64,000 nt of DNA, from the NCBI RefSeq assembly GCF_028694895.1, contig NZ_JAQVKA010000002.1, positions 2,963 to 66,962 of the forward strand. The letters run 5' to 3'. Shown in pieces: positions 55,397 through 64,000 of the stretch (its first letter is position 1; each line of letters starts with the position of its first letter). A program made the position numbers and the translations under genes. Below the pieces are notes generated by a model. It was not told where the DNA came from, did not search any database, and saw only the letters and a list, made by a program, of their open reading frames with translations. The DNA is from Sulfurimonas sp. GTDB taxonomy: Bacteria > Campylobacterota > Campylobacteria > Campylobacterales > Sulfurimonadaceae.

Positions 55397-55547
55397 GTAA
55401 TATGCCTTTTTTAACAAGTTTCGCGCCATTGTATAACATCAAAGTTTAAAAAGAGTTTGTGATTACCCTTTATGTTTCAACTAAGAACTAAGTTGTTACT
55501 TTTAGATTATATAATCCGCAAATCAATAATAATGAGTAGGATATAAA

Positions 55548-55853
55548 ATGAAAAATGAGAGTGTTGTAAAATTTGGACTAATAAATACTATTGAAGGATA
55601 TTCATATTTGGCGCTTGTGCTTATTGCAATGCCTATGAAATATCTTCTTGGGATTGCAATGGCTGTAAAAATAGTAGGAATGATTCATGGAATACTTTTT
55701 ATAATATTTTGTCTTCTTCTGTTTTATGCATGGCAAGAGGCAAAATGGTCATATAAAGAAAGTATAATATTTTTTGTAGCATCACTTATCCCTTTTGGAA
55801 CATTTTTTACAAAAAATAGAATAAAAACTTATGAATTAAAAAGTTTTATTTAG
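55548..55853 (+). CDS. small integral membrane protein (DUF3817-like)
   Basis: 101 aa with three to four TM helices. Confidence 0.4.
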   Translation: MKNESVVKFGLINTIEGYSYLALVLIAMPMKYLLGIAMAVKIVGMIHGILFIIFCLLLFYAWQEAKWSYKESIIFFVASLIPFGTFFTKNRIKTYELKSFI

Positions 55854-55904
55854 TTAAAATATTTTTCGATTTTAAAAAATAAAAATATATGATTGGAGCG
55901 CGTT

Positions 55905-56213
55905 ATGATTGCTGGAATGCATGAACAAGATTTTATGGCTTACATGATATTTGGATTAATTTTAAACTTTATTTTTTCAATATTTTTTGGGTTATATCTT
56001 AGTAAAAACATAGGTATGCAGGAGATGATAAGCTCAAAAGGAGACAAAGAACAACCTCTTTTTGTTAGCCTTTCTCTTTTTATACCTTTTGCAAAAATGA
56101 TAATAACACTTTATAGAGTTGTTATTTTGCAAATTTTCTTTTTAAATAGAGGCTATACGCATAAAGAGTTTTGGATTTATATGACTTCAAATAGCTTAAA
56201 TAAGGTAGACTGA
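55905..56213 (+). CDS. small membrane protein, hypothetical
   Basis: About 102 aa from ATG 55905, with two TM helices. No recognisable motif. Confidence 0.35.
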   Translation: MIAGMHEQDFMAYMIFGLILNFIFSIFFGLYLSKNIGMQEMISSKGDKEQPLFVSLSLFIPFAKMIITLYRVVILQIFFLNRGYTHKEFWIYMTSNSLNKVD

Positions 56214-56219
56214 GTTTTT

Positions 56220-56387
56220 ATGAATGATCATAAATTAAAAATAGTTCTTACTATATTAGTAGGTGTTATATTTTCTTTTATTTTTATCATACTTGCTTTT
56301 GTCTTACCAACTAAAAACGATGAGATAACAATAATAAAAAAACCATCTAATTTGCTTGAAGAAGTTTCAAAATCAATTAGAAATTAA
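56220..56387 (+). CDS. small single-TM protein, hypothetical (below the ORF-track cutoff)
   Basis: 55-aa ORF MNDHKLKIVLTILVGVIFSFIFIILAFVLPTKND... It starts 7 nt after the previous stop. Confidence 0.3.
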   Translation: MNDHKLKIVLTILVGVIFSFIFIILAFVLPTKNDEITIIKKPSNLLEEVSKSIRN

Positions 56388-56902
56388 AGAGAGTTTTTTA
56401 CAGCTATAAGGTTTAATGTCTCATAAGCGCAAAGAGGATTTAGTTTTGTTGCAGAAATTTCTAAGGCTTTAACACATAATCTTAAATAATCTAAATCTTC
56501 TGCTACCATTATTGCCTCAAGAAGTATTTCGGCATCTTTGATACGTAAATTTCTTACAACACCTAGATTTTTATGTGCAAGATTTCTAATCTCTGTATAA
56601 TCTAGAGTTTTTCCATCTAATAAATCTTTTTTTAGTTCATGTATATATTTATAAAATGTAATTTTTGATTTTAATATTTGTATAACATAATCTTCTATAA
56701 GCTGAAGAACTATCTCTTTTTCTAGAGATAGTTCTTCAACCGCTTCTTTTGCATCATATTTATAATTTAAAATATTTAAATGCATAAGATTTTTTTCTAT
56801 AAAAAGACCTCCATCATTCATCATCACATCTATTTTGTGACGTAAATGGGCATTTTCTGGACGCCTTTTATCAGTAATATTTTCAGTAATTGTATAATTC
56901 AT
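56384..56902 (-). CDS. hypothetical protein, possible HPt-like four-helix domain
   Basis: 172 aa. The C-terminal half shows a loose HPt-like pattern around IRNLAHKNLGVVRNLRI. Confidence 0.3.
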   Translation of the reverse strand: MNYTITENITDKRRPENAHLRHKIDVMMNDGGLFIEKNLMHLNILNYKYDAKEAVEELSLEKEIVLQLIEDYVIQILKSKITFYKYIHELKKDLLDGKTLDYTEIRNLAHKNLGVVRNLRIKDAEILLEAIMVAEDLDYLRLCVKALEISATKLNPLCAYETLNLIAVKNSL

Positions 56903-57000
56903 AAGGGTAAAATATCATACTTTCTTATTTTATAATTTTAAAAGGGTCTAAAAAAACATAGATAGAGAGTGAGTGCTACAAAAGCACTCATAAAAGTAAC

Positions 57001-58893
57001 TTATATTGCTTTAGCAATAACTCTGTTTAATCTTAAGATAAATCCAGCAGTATCCTCTAGTTGAAGCCCATCAAAAAGCTTTGCTTGGTCTAAGAGTAAG
57101 TGTGCTGCATCATTTATCAAGTTTATATCAGCAGAGTTTTTTAATTTTATAATTAACTCATGTTTTGGATTTATTTGGAGTATAGGAGATGGTGTTGGTG
57201 TATCGCCACCTTGCCCCATTTGCTTCATTATCTGCGCCATCATAAATGCTGGATCTTCTTTATCCTCTTTAAGTTTTACAGGCGAGTCAACTAAATCAAA
57301 TGTAACTTCAACACTCTTTACGCTATCTCCTAAAGACTCTTTTAGCTCTTTTATAACTCCTTCAAACTCTTTTGAAGTATCTTCGTGAGCTTTTTTATCA
57401 TCATCACTCTCTTGAAATTTTGCATCATTAACATGAACTAATTTATACTCTTTATACTCTGTAACCATTGGAAAGATTATTGTATCTATCTCTTCATTTA
57501 AGACTAAAACATCAATACCACGAGACTTAAATCTCTCTAAGGCAGGAGAGTTTTTAAGCATTGTTAATGAAGTTTTTCCAGTTATATAGTAGATCTCTTT
57601 TGTTGTTTCATCCACATTTTTTATAAACTCTTCAAGCATTACTTTTTCATCTGAGTTAATTGTGTTGAACTGTAGAAGCTCTAATATCTTCTCACGATTG
57701 CCATAGTCATTATATAATCCCTCTTTTAAAACATTTCCAAATTGTGTAAAGAACTCATCATACTTTTTAGCATCGTTCTTTGCCATCTTAGCTAGTTCAG
57801 AGAGAACCTTTTTCACAGAAGCATTTTTGATTTTTGCCATAACTGCATTTGACTGTAAAATCTCACGAGAGACGTTTAGAGGTAAATCTTTTGAGTCAAT
57901 TACACCACGTAAAAATCTAAGATACGTTGGCATAAGCTCTTTTTCATCATCAGTAATAAATACACGGTTTATATAAAGTTTGATACCTGTTTGATAATCC
58001 ATTCTATATAAGTCCATAGGTGCTTTACTTGGAATATAAAAGAGTGTTGTGTACTCTATAGCGCCTTCTGCTTTGTTGTGCATCCAAGCAAGAGGCTCTT
58101 CTGAAGAGTGTGCAATTGAGCTGTAAAAATCTTTATACTCTTCATCGCTTATCTCACTTTTTGGTATTGTCCAAAGAGCGTTCGCACGGTTTATCTGAAC
58201 ATTTTCTATCTCAGTTTTTGAAGGTTCTATCTCTTTGCCTTCTTCATCTTTTTTTGCTGCAATATAGTTTTCTTTATCCATAAAAATCGCAAATGGAATA
58301 TGGTTTGAGTATTTTTTAATAATACTCTCAATTCTATAACTATCTAAAAACTCGCTCTCATCATCATTTAAATACATAACTATAGTTGTACCATGAGAAT
58401 CTCTAGTAGTTTTTTCTATCTCAAACTCACCATCACCCTTGCTCGTCCAAAGATATGCTTGCTCCTCGGCAGCTTTTTTAGTTGTAACTTCTACTTTGTG
58501 TGCGACCATAAAAGAAGCATAAAAACCTACTCCAAATTGGCCAATAAGATGAGAATCTTTCTTTTGATCCCCACTTAAGTTCTCTAAAAATGCTTTTGTA
58601 CCTGACTTTGCAATCGTTCCTAGATTGTTCATCAAATCCTCTTCATTCATACCGATACCACTATCTTTAATAGTTAAGGTTTTTGCTTCTTTATCTGCGA
58701 TAATATCAATGCGAGGAGAAAAGTTTACACCTTTGTACTCATCATTTGTTAAAACAAGCATATTTAACTTATCAAGTGCATCTGAAGCATTTGAAACTAA
58801 CTCGCGAATAAATATCTCTTTGTTTGAATATAATGAATGAATCATAAGGTTTAGTATTTGATTTGCTTCGGTTTGAAATTGATGTTTTGCCAT
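57001..58893 (-). CDS. htpG: molecular chaperone HtpG (Hsp90)
   Basis: 630 aa. N-terminal GHKL ATPase motifs (IFIRELVSNASDA, IGQFGVGFYS-like). Confidence 0.95.
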   Translation of the reverse strand: MAKHQFQTEANQILNLMIHSLYSNKEIFIRELVSNASDALDKLNMLVLTNDEYKGVNFSPRIDIIADKEAKTLTIKDSGIGMNEEDLMNNLGTIAKSGTKAFLENLSGDQKKDSHLIGQFGVGFYASFMVAHKVEVTTKKAAEEQAYLWTSKGDGEFEIEKTTRDSHGTTIVMYLNDDESEFLDSYRIESIIKKYSNHIPFAIFMDKENYIAAKKDEEGKEIEPSKTEIENVQINRANALWTIPKSEISDEEYKDFYSSIAHSSEEPLAWMHNKAEGAIEYTTLFYIPSKAPMDLYRMDYQTGIKLYINRVFITDDEKELMPTYLRFLRGVIDSKDLPLNVSREILQSNAVMAKIKNASVKKVLSELAKMAKNDAKKYDEFFTQFGNVLKEGLYNDYGNREKILELLQFNTINSDEKVMLEEFIKNVDETTKEIYYITGKTSLTMLKNSPALERFKSRGIDVLVLNEEIDTIIFPMVTEYKEYKLVHVNDAKFQESDDDKKAHEDTSKEFEGVIKELKESLGDSVKSVEVTFDLVDSPVKLKEDKEDPAFMMAQIMKQMGQGGDTPTPSPILQINPKHELIIKLKNSADINLINDAAHLLLDQAKLFDGLQLEDTAGFILRLNRVIAKAI

Positions 58894-59152
58894 CTTTTAA
58901 ATCCTTCTAGTAAATAATTTAAGGAATAATAGCAAAAAAAGCTAATAAATGCAAATCAAATCAAGAAACTTTAGTCTAAGTGGCTAAAGAACATTTACTT
59001 TATAGCAAACAACTTATGACTTTATGTTTAAAGATTCTATTTTAACACTCAAATAGAGCACATATAAGTTCAAAGATAATTTAAATGAGTTATAATCACA
59101 CAATATAGCCTTTATGCTTTTGTATTAAAGATAATTTAAATTAGGAGTTTTT

Positions 59153-59980
59153 ATGAAAAAATTTACGGTACTTGTGGCAATTGACTTCTCAAAAAGTAGT
59201 TATGTTGTGTTAGAAAAAGCACTTGGTTTTACAAATCTTATGAAGGCTGACTTGCATGTTGTACATGTTATAGAAGGTTCATTTTTCTCAAAAAAAGTAG
59301 ATTTAGAGAGTGCAAAAGAGAGTGGATTTTTAAAACTTAGCGAAAAATTTAGTTCAATAAAAAAAGATAATTATCACTGCGTAAGTGGCAAAGTAAAAGT
59401 TGAAGTAGCAAATACAGCAAATATTTTATGCGCTGATATGATAATCATGGGTAACAGCGGTGAGACAAACTTCTTAGATTCTTTTATTATGGGTTCACAC
59501 ACAAAAGAGATTATAAAGTATGCACAAACTCCTATTTTGGTTATGAAAAAAGAGCATGATATAAAATATAATAATATTTTAATCCTTACAGATATGTCTA
59601 AAGAGTCTGCACACGCTATTAAATATACGGCAGAGCTTTTTGCTAACTCTTCTATAACATTGGTAAATCTTTTTTATATGCCTCTTGGTAGTACTATGAG
59701 TCTTTATGGAATGGATCCAAAGAGCCTAGCAGTTTATCAACAAGAGATACAAGACGAATCACAAAAAGAGTTAGAACTATTTTTAAAATCTCTATCTTTA
59801 GCAAAAGAGATGAATGTAACTGCACGTTCTATTAAAAGTTCTCTAAGCGCTAAAACGTTTAATCAAGAAGTAGAAGAGATTAAACATGATCTACTTGTAA
59901 TCCACGCAACACAAAACGTTAGCTTCTTTGCTTTTGATATTTTAGAGCAATCTTTAGCTGATGTAATGGTAGTAAAATAA
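59153..59980 (+). CDS. tandem universal stress protein (UspA) domain protein
   Basis: 275 aa. Two Usp-like halves (LVAIDFS...IIMGNSG and ILILTDMS...). Confidence 0.65.
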   Translation: MKKFTVLVAIDFSKSSYVVLEKALGFTNLMKADLHVVHVIEGSFFSKKVDLESAKESGFLKLSEKFSSIKKDNYHCVSGKVKVEVANTANILCADMIIMGNSGETNFLDSFIMGSHTKEIIKYAQTPILVMKKEHDIKYNNILILTDMSKESAHAIKYTAELFANSSITLVNLFYMPLGSTMSLYGMDPKSLAVYQQEIQDESQKELELFLKSLSLAKEMNVTARSIKSSLSAKTFNQEVEEIKHDLLVIHATQNVSFFAFDILEQSLADVMVVK

Positions 59981-59993
59981 TCTGGTATCAGAT

Positions 59994-60320
59994 TTGTATC
60001 AAGAGCCTATCGATAATAATCAAATCATAGAGCAGATAGAGCCTACTCCTAGGCTTTATCTCAAGAAATGCAGAGTTATTGCACTAATTTTAAAACTGTT
60101 TTTACAATACGCTACAGTTTTATTATCTGTTGTTGTATGGTATTTTTATGATTTTTTCATAGCTCTTCTCGCACTAGTTCTAACATTTATAATCATGGGC
60201 ATAATCCGCTCAAAACTCAGAAACAGCTCTATTCCTTTTACACAAAGAGAGCATCATTATGATGATGCGGCCATAGCTACTTGGTACACAGCCAAGACGC
60301 TATGCGATAGAGAGCTCTAA
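59994..60320 (+). CDS. small membrane protein, hypothetical
   Basis: 108 aa with a TTG start and two TM helices. Confidence 0.35.
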   Translation: MYQEPIDNNQIIEQIEPTPRLYLKKCRVIALILKLFLQYATVLLSVVVWYFYDFFIALLALVLTFIIMGIIRSKLRNSSIPFTQREHHYDDAAIATWYTAKTLCDREL

Positions 60321-61714
60321 AGCTTTATACTTATCCCATGTTCTACTATTTTTGACTCATATCCCAACTCTTTTTTAATTGCATCTGAGAAAATTTCCAT
60401 TTTATCTGTTTCTCCATGAATCAAAAATAGATTTTTCAACCCTTCTATTGGACGCATCCAGTCAATTAGTTCTTTTTGATCGGCGTGAGCTGAGAAACCG
60501 TTAATAGTATAAACATTTGCTTTTACAAATATATCTTCTCCATAGATTTTTATATGTTTATCCCCATCGACTATTCTTCGCCCTAGAGTTCCTCTAACTT
60601 GATATCCAACAAATATAATTGCATTTCTTGCGCTCCACAGTCTATGTTTTAGATGATGCATAATACGTCCTCCAGTACACATTCCGCTTCCTGCAATGAT
60701 GATGGCGCGCTCTTTTACTTTGTTTATTGCAATTGATTGATTACTTGATGTACTTGTTTTAAGCCATGAAAAAGAGAACGGATCCCCTCCACTCCCAGGT
60801 GTGTATCTAAGTTCATCACTCAGATATACTGGATAACGGTTGTAAAGTTTTGTTGCTTTGATTGCTAGTGGGCTATCTAAATAGATAGAGCATTTTGGTA
60901 ACTCACCATTATCATGCATCAAATGAAGCAGCCAAAGTATCTCTTGTGTTCTCTCTAGTGCAAATGATGGAATTATGACATTTCCATTTTGTTTAAGCGT
61001 AGAGCGAATAGCATTTTTAAACTCATCTATACTCTCATCCAATGGTTTATGTCTGCGGTCTCCATATGTTGACTCTATAAAAAGATGATCAACTTCGCCA
61101 ACATTGTCTGGGTTATCAATAATGAGTCTCTCAGGTGAGCCTAAATCGCCAGAAAAAACAATACGCTTTGTTTTGTTATCCTCTTGATAATCAAGCATAA
61201 CAAAGGCGCTCCCTAAGATATGCCCAGCATTACCTAAAGATACTTTTATACGGTTTTTTAGTTTATGTTCCTCAAAATACTCTAAAGTTGTCCACTTTTT
61301 TTCAAAAACGCTCTTTACATCATCTTTGGTATATAAAGGCTCTAAAATAGTCTCTTCTTCGCCACGTCTTCTAGCTTTTCTTCTTAGAGTTCTATACTCT
61401 TCTTGAAGTATGTTTGCACTATCTAGGAGCATAATTCTTGCAATATCTTTTGTCGCTTTTGTTGCAATGATTTTGCCACTAAAACCATCTTTTATAAGTT
61501 TTGGAACTCTTCCTATATGATCTAGATGTGCGTGCGTTAAAATGAGATAGTTAATTTTTGAGATATCAAACTCAAAATCTTCATAATTTTTACTGCTATC
61601 TCCATTACCTTGAAACATTCCGCAATCAATTAATATACTACTAGAGCCTATCTTTACAAGGTGGCACGAACCAGTAACATTACGAGCGGCTCCATAAGAT
61701 GTAACACTTACCAT
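60317..61714 (-). CDS. MBL-fold metallo-hydrolase of the beta-CASP (RNA-metabolising) family
   Basis: 465 aa. HAHLDH motif and beta-CASP motifs, ending in a SAHAD-type motif C. Confidence 0.8.
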   Translation of the reverse strand: MVSVTSYGAARNVTGSCHLVKIGSSSILIDCGMFQGNGDSSKNYEDFEFDISKINYLILTHAHLDHIGRVPKLIKDGFSGKIIATKATKDIARIMLLDSANILQEEYRTLRRKARRRGEEETILEPLYTKDDVKSVFEKKWTTLEYFEEHKLKNRIKVSLGNAGHILGSAFVMLDYQEDNKTKRIVFSGDLGSPERLIIDNPDNVGEVDHLFIESTYGDRRHKPLDESIDEFKNAIRSTLKQNGNVIIPSFALERTQEILWLLHLMHDNGELPKCSIYLDSPLAIKATKLYNRYPVYLSDELRYTPGSGGDPFSFSWLKTSTSSNQSIAINKVKERAIIIAGSGMCTGGRIMHHLKHRLWSARNAIIFVGYQVRGTLGRRIVDGDKHIKIYGEDIFVKANVYTINGFSAHADQKELIDWMRPIEGLKNLFLIHGETDKMEIFSDAIKKELGYESKIVEHGISIKL

Positions 61715-61856
61715 TTAACTCTCCTTTTGCCAAAGCAAATACTTTTTCTATTATATTTAAACTTAGTGTAATAATTGTGAAAAGTGAAAAAGAAGAATGA
61801 GGGGAAAAAGTCTTTTGCTCCATCTACTGAGAAATAGAGCAAAGAAGATATTTATA

Positions 61857-62342
61857 CTAAATAAAGAGGCTTAAATAGACTAAATAGTTATCAGTTTTAC
61901 CTAAAACTGTATCCGTATCTATCATCTTATAGCCAACACCAGCACCAAAGTTTTTATAAAGCTTTACCTCTAAGTTAGTGCCGTATTGATATCCCCAATA
62001 ATTTTCTTTATAAAATCTTGTAACACCATAACCAACATCAGCTTTTAAAATCACTGGCAAATCTATCAGAGATTTAAGTGAATAAGCGACTTTAAGTTGT
62101 CCACCAAGAGTGTAGTTTCCATAAGTGTCTGTACTTCCACCTCCACCATCAAGGCCTACTATGTCAAATCCTACTCCAAAAGAAAAATCATTTGAAGGTA
62201 TTATGAAATCAGCCCCAAAATATAGATTTGTTGATTGATGCTGTGAACTAACAGCACCCATTTTGATATTACTTAGACTGTTTTCATTTGCTAAAATAAC
62301 AAATGGTAGTAGTAATAATAATGCAAGTATATATCTCTTCAT
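61857..62342 (-). CDS. small outer-membrane beta-barrel protein
   Basis: 161 aa with a signal peptide. Alternating hydrophobic beta-strand pattern and a C-terminal aromatic residue (LSLFI). Confidence 0.5.
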   Translation of the reverse strand: MKRYILALLLLLPFVILANENSLSNIKMGAVSSQHQSTNLYFGADFIIPSNDFSFGVGFDIVGLDGGGGSTDTYGNYTLGGQLKVAYSLKSLIDLPVILKADVGYGVTRFYKENYWGYQYGTNLEVKLYKNFGAGVGYKMIDTDTVLGKTDNYLVYLSLFI

Positions 62343-62577
62343 GACACCTCTTTTTTAGGCAATTGTACAAAATAAAATCTTTATTATACTTTTTTGCATT
62401 TTGCACTACAAAAGTTTCATCTTAAATGCTCTTAAACTTATATACACTCATAAAATATGTATTTAAAACGACAAGCTCTTTATAACCATTTTAACGATAA
62501 ACTCACGAAAATGAAATAAAAATATTTCAACATATATCCTCAATAAAACCCTAATATGGGCGGAGCTAAAAACATAG

Positions 62578-64000
62578 ATGGCACTAATAGACCTACTGAA
62601 CGTATCAAAACATTATGAAGCACAAAAGATTTTAATAGATATAAATTTTCATGTTGATGAGGGCGAGAGAATCGTCATCATTGGTAAAAATGGAAGTGGA
62701 AAATCTACTCTTATGAAGATTGTAAATGGAACTCTAGAACAAGATAGTGGTGAGCGTATCTCCAGACAAAATTTAGATGTAAAAATGCTTGATCAAAGAC
62801 CAGAGTTTAAAGAAGGTGCTACTGTTAGAGAAGCTGTTGAAGCCGGCCTTGATGAGCTTAACCGTGCTAAAGAGAGATATGAGAAACTCTCACTTCTCTT
62901 AGCGGAGAACTTTGAGAACAAAGCGTTTATTGATGAGCATGAGATGCTCTCTAGGTATATTGAGCATCATAATGCTTGGAATTTAGATGATAAGATAGAC
63001 CGTATAATAGAGCATTTTGATCTTAAACAATACGAAGAAAAACCAGTTGCAATGCTTAGCGGAGGAGAGCAAAGAAGAGTTGCTCTTGCTTCACTGCTTC
63101 TGCAAAAACCAGATGTTTTACTGCTTGATGAGCCTACAAACCACCTCGATGTTTACATGGTAGAATTTTTAGAAGAGCTACTCTTACGAGAAAAATTTAC
63201 TCTTGTTTTTATATCTCACGATAGATATTTCATAGATAGAATTGCAACTAAGAGTGTTGAAGTCGAAGATTGCTCTATTAGAGAGTATAGTGGTGGATAC
63301 AGCAACTACTTAAGCCAAAAAGAGGAGTACATGAAGAGTCTTGAGAAGCAACATGAGACTCTTCTAACCATACTTAGAAAAGAAAATGAGTGGTTTGCAC
63401 GTGGTGTTAGAGCAAGGTTAAAGAGAAATGAAGGGCGAAAAGAGAGACTTATGGGTCTTAGAGAAGATGCAAAAATAAACCCCTCTAAAATCAAAAAAAT
63501 GACACTTGAGCTTGAGCGTGAAGCAAAACATTTTAACCGAGATAAAAGCGTAAATAAGCAAAAAATGCTTTTTGAAGTGGAAAATTTGGGTTTAACCATA
63601 GGCGATAAAGAGCTCTTTAAAAACTTTACAACTAGAATACTTCAAAAAGATACTATTGCCATAGTTGGACCAAACGGAAGTGGTAAATCGACCCTATTAA
63701 AAGCTCTTCTTGGGCGCATTGAGCCAACAGAGGGGAAAATTAAAAGAGGCGAATTTAAGATAGGCTATTTTGATCAACACCGAGAGATGCTTGATGATGA
63801 TAAAAATCTTATAGAGACTTTTTGCCCACATGGTGGAGATAGAGTTAGTGTGCGTGGACGTGATATGCATGTTTATGGATACTTGAAAAACTTTCTATTT
63901 CCTAGAGAATTTTTAGATAAAAAGATAGGGATACTTAGTGGTGGAGAGAAAAATCGTATCGCCCTAGCCCTGCTCTTTACAAAAAACGTAGATATTCTCA
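62578..64000 (+). CDS. ABC-F family ATPase (two ABC domains), 3' end lies outside the window
   Basis: Not on the ORF track because it has no stop within the window. Walker A GKNGSGKST and GPNGSGKST. Signatures LSGGEQRR and LSGGEKNR. A charged inter-domain linker separates the two ABC domains. Confidence 0.85.
   Translation, partial: MALIDLLNVSKHYEAQKILIDINFHVDEGERIVIIGKNGSGKSTLMKIVNGTLEQDSGERISRQNLDVKMLDQRPEFKEGATVREAVEAGLDELNRAKERYEKLSLLLAENFENKAFIDEHEMLSRYIEHHNAWNLDDKIDRIIEHFDLKQYEEKPVAMLSGGEQRRVALASLLLQKPDVLLLDEPTNHLDVYMVEFLEELLLREKFTLVFISHDRYFIDRIATKSVEVEDCSIREYSGGYSNYLSQKEEYMKSLEKQHETLLTILRKENEWFARGVRARLKRNEGRKERLMGLREDAKINPSKIKKMTLELEREAKHFNRDKSVNKQKMLFEVENLGLTIGDKELFKNFTTRILQKDTIAIVGPNGSGKSTLLKALLGRIEPTEGKIKRGEFKIGYFDQHREMLDDDKNLIETFCPHGGDRVSVRGRDMHVYGYLKNFLFPREFLDKKIGILSGGEKNRIALALLFTKNVDIL

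Noticed and set aside
14506-55429. Longer start codons offered by the ORF track for several genes: 14506 (M16 peptidase), 16697 (FabL-like), 41017 (HD protein), 50958 (CheV), 55429 (OadG) and 55893 (small membrane protein).
   Set aside because: The downstream in-frame ATGs avoid overlap with the preceding gene, expose a signal peptide or conserved N-terminus, or have a better ribosome-binding site. The longer forms remain possible, because start sites cannot be proven from sequence alone.
59040-59060. An ACTCAAA half-site upstream of htpG as a possible HspR (HAIR) operator.
   Set aside because: Only one degenerate half of the CTTGAGT-n7-ACTCAAG inverted repeat is present, and no partner half-site lies at the right spacing.
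7243-63599. About 40 short ORFs (60-155 aa) on the ORF track that lie antisense to, or nested within, well-supported genes: 7243-7476, 7757-8005, 9453-9740, 10669-10896, 13985-14197, 14360-14542, 14917-15288, 16404-16616, 17157-17447, 18155-18346, 19410-19631, 21734-21982, 22312-22575, 22660-22896, 24564-24914, 25337-25666, 26228-26437, 26769-27011, 27017-27310, 27638-27901, 34344-34808, 34995-35231, 35328-35573, 35986-36225, 38375-38569, 39443-39700, 41187-41387, 45342-45605, 45852-46085, 46134-46328, 47064-47399, 50592-50813, 51458-51925, 52341-52607, 58393-58578, 58625-58840 and 63306-63599.
   Set aside because: Each is fully overlapped by a longer ORF with clear family motifs on the other strand or in another frame. 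Their translations are low-complexity (rich in S, F, L and I), as expected for the antisense strand of AT-rich coding DNA. None has a recognisable motif or ribosome-binding site.
1-64000. A search by eye for rRNA, tRNA, tmRNA, CRISPR repeats, IS-element terminal inverted repeats with transposase genes, and prophage genes.
   Set aside because: None were found. All intergenic regions are shorter than about 310 bp. None shows a cloverleaf-compatible sequence, regularly spaced repeats or a transposase ORF. tRNAscan-SE, Infernal and CRISPR-finder runs would be needed to exclude them formally.

Overview
AT-rich bacterial chromosomal window. Gene content suggests Campylobacterota (this is an inference): OadGAB, HDOD and HD-GYP signalling proteins, PAS histidine kinases with an HQWRQPL H-box, CheV, HtpG and PolA. 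About 95% of it is tightly packed housekeeping or core genes: cysS, ndh, pyrD, dapA, pgsA, rseP, nrdDG, polA, gatC, pilT, argD, oadGAB, htpG and an ABC-F ATPase. I saw no rRNA, tRNA or CRISPR array by eye. The one clearly accessory segment lies at about 10.04-13.42 kb, between a HAD hydrolase gene and the pyrD promoter. It is visibly more AT-rich. Its gene units are separated by imperfect palindromes with the architecture of integron attC sites: an RYYYAAC-type box, bulged stem, a conserved CC-TAGC-GG apex, then a GTT-initiated box. For the first two units, the 7-mer that opens the cassette is the exact reverse complement of the 5' box of that cassette's own attC-like site. No integrase is adjacent, so I read this as a CALIN-type integron cassette array. 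Cassette 1 encodes a 167-aa helical protein with a HEPN-like Rx4H motif. Cassette 2 encodes a 466-aa protein whose C-terminus carries a full RecB/Cas4-type PD-(D/E)xK motif set (E...D...ExK...QxxxY). Cassette 3 is an intact antitoxin plus RelE/ParE toxin pair with its own promoter. The array ends in a decayed Phd/YefM-ParE pair. The two nuclease-like cassettes are my best candidates for an undescribed defence-type system. Other points worth a second look: a mycobacterial-type decaprenyl-phospho-arabinose-like six-gene operon (4.7-10.0 kb); an NrdD whose glycyl-radical domain sits on a separate 50-aa ORF with its own Shine-Dalgarno; a Xer-type recombinase broken by a 1-nt frameshift in a short homopolymer; an ACP-PlsC fusion operon; and several candidate operator repeats.
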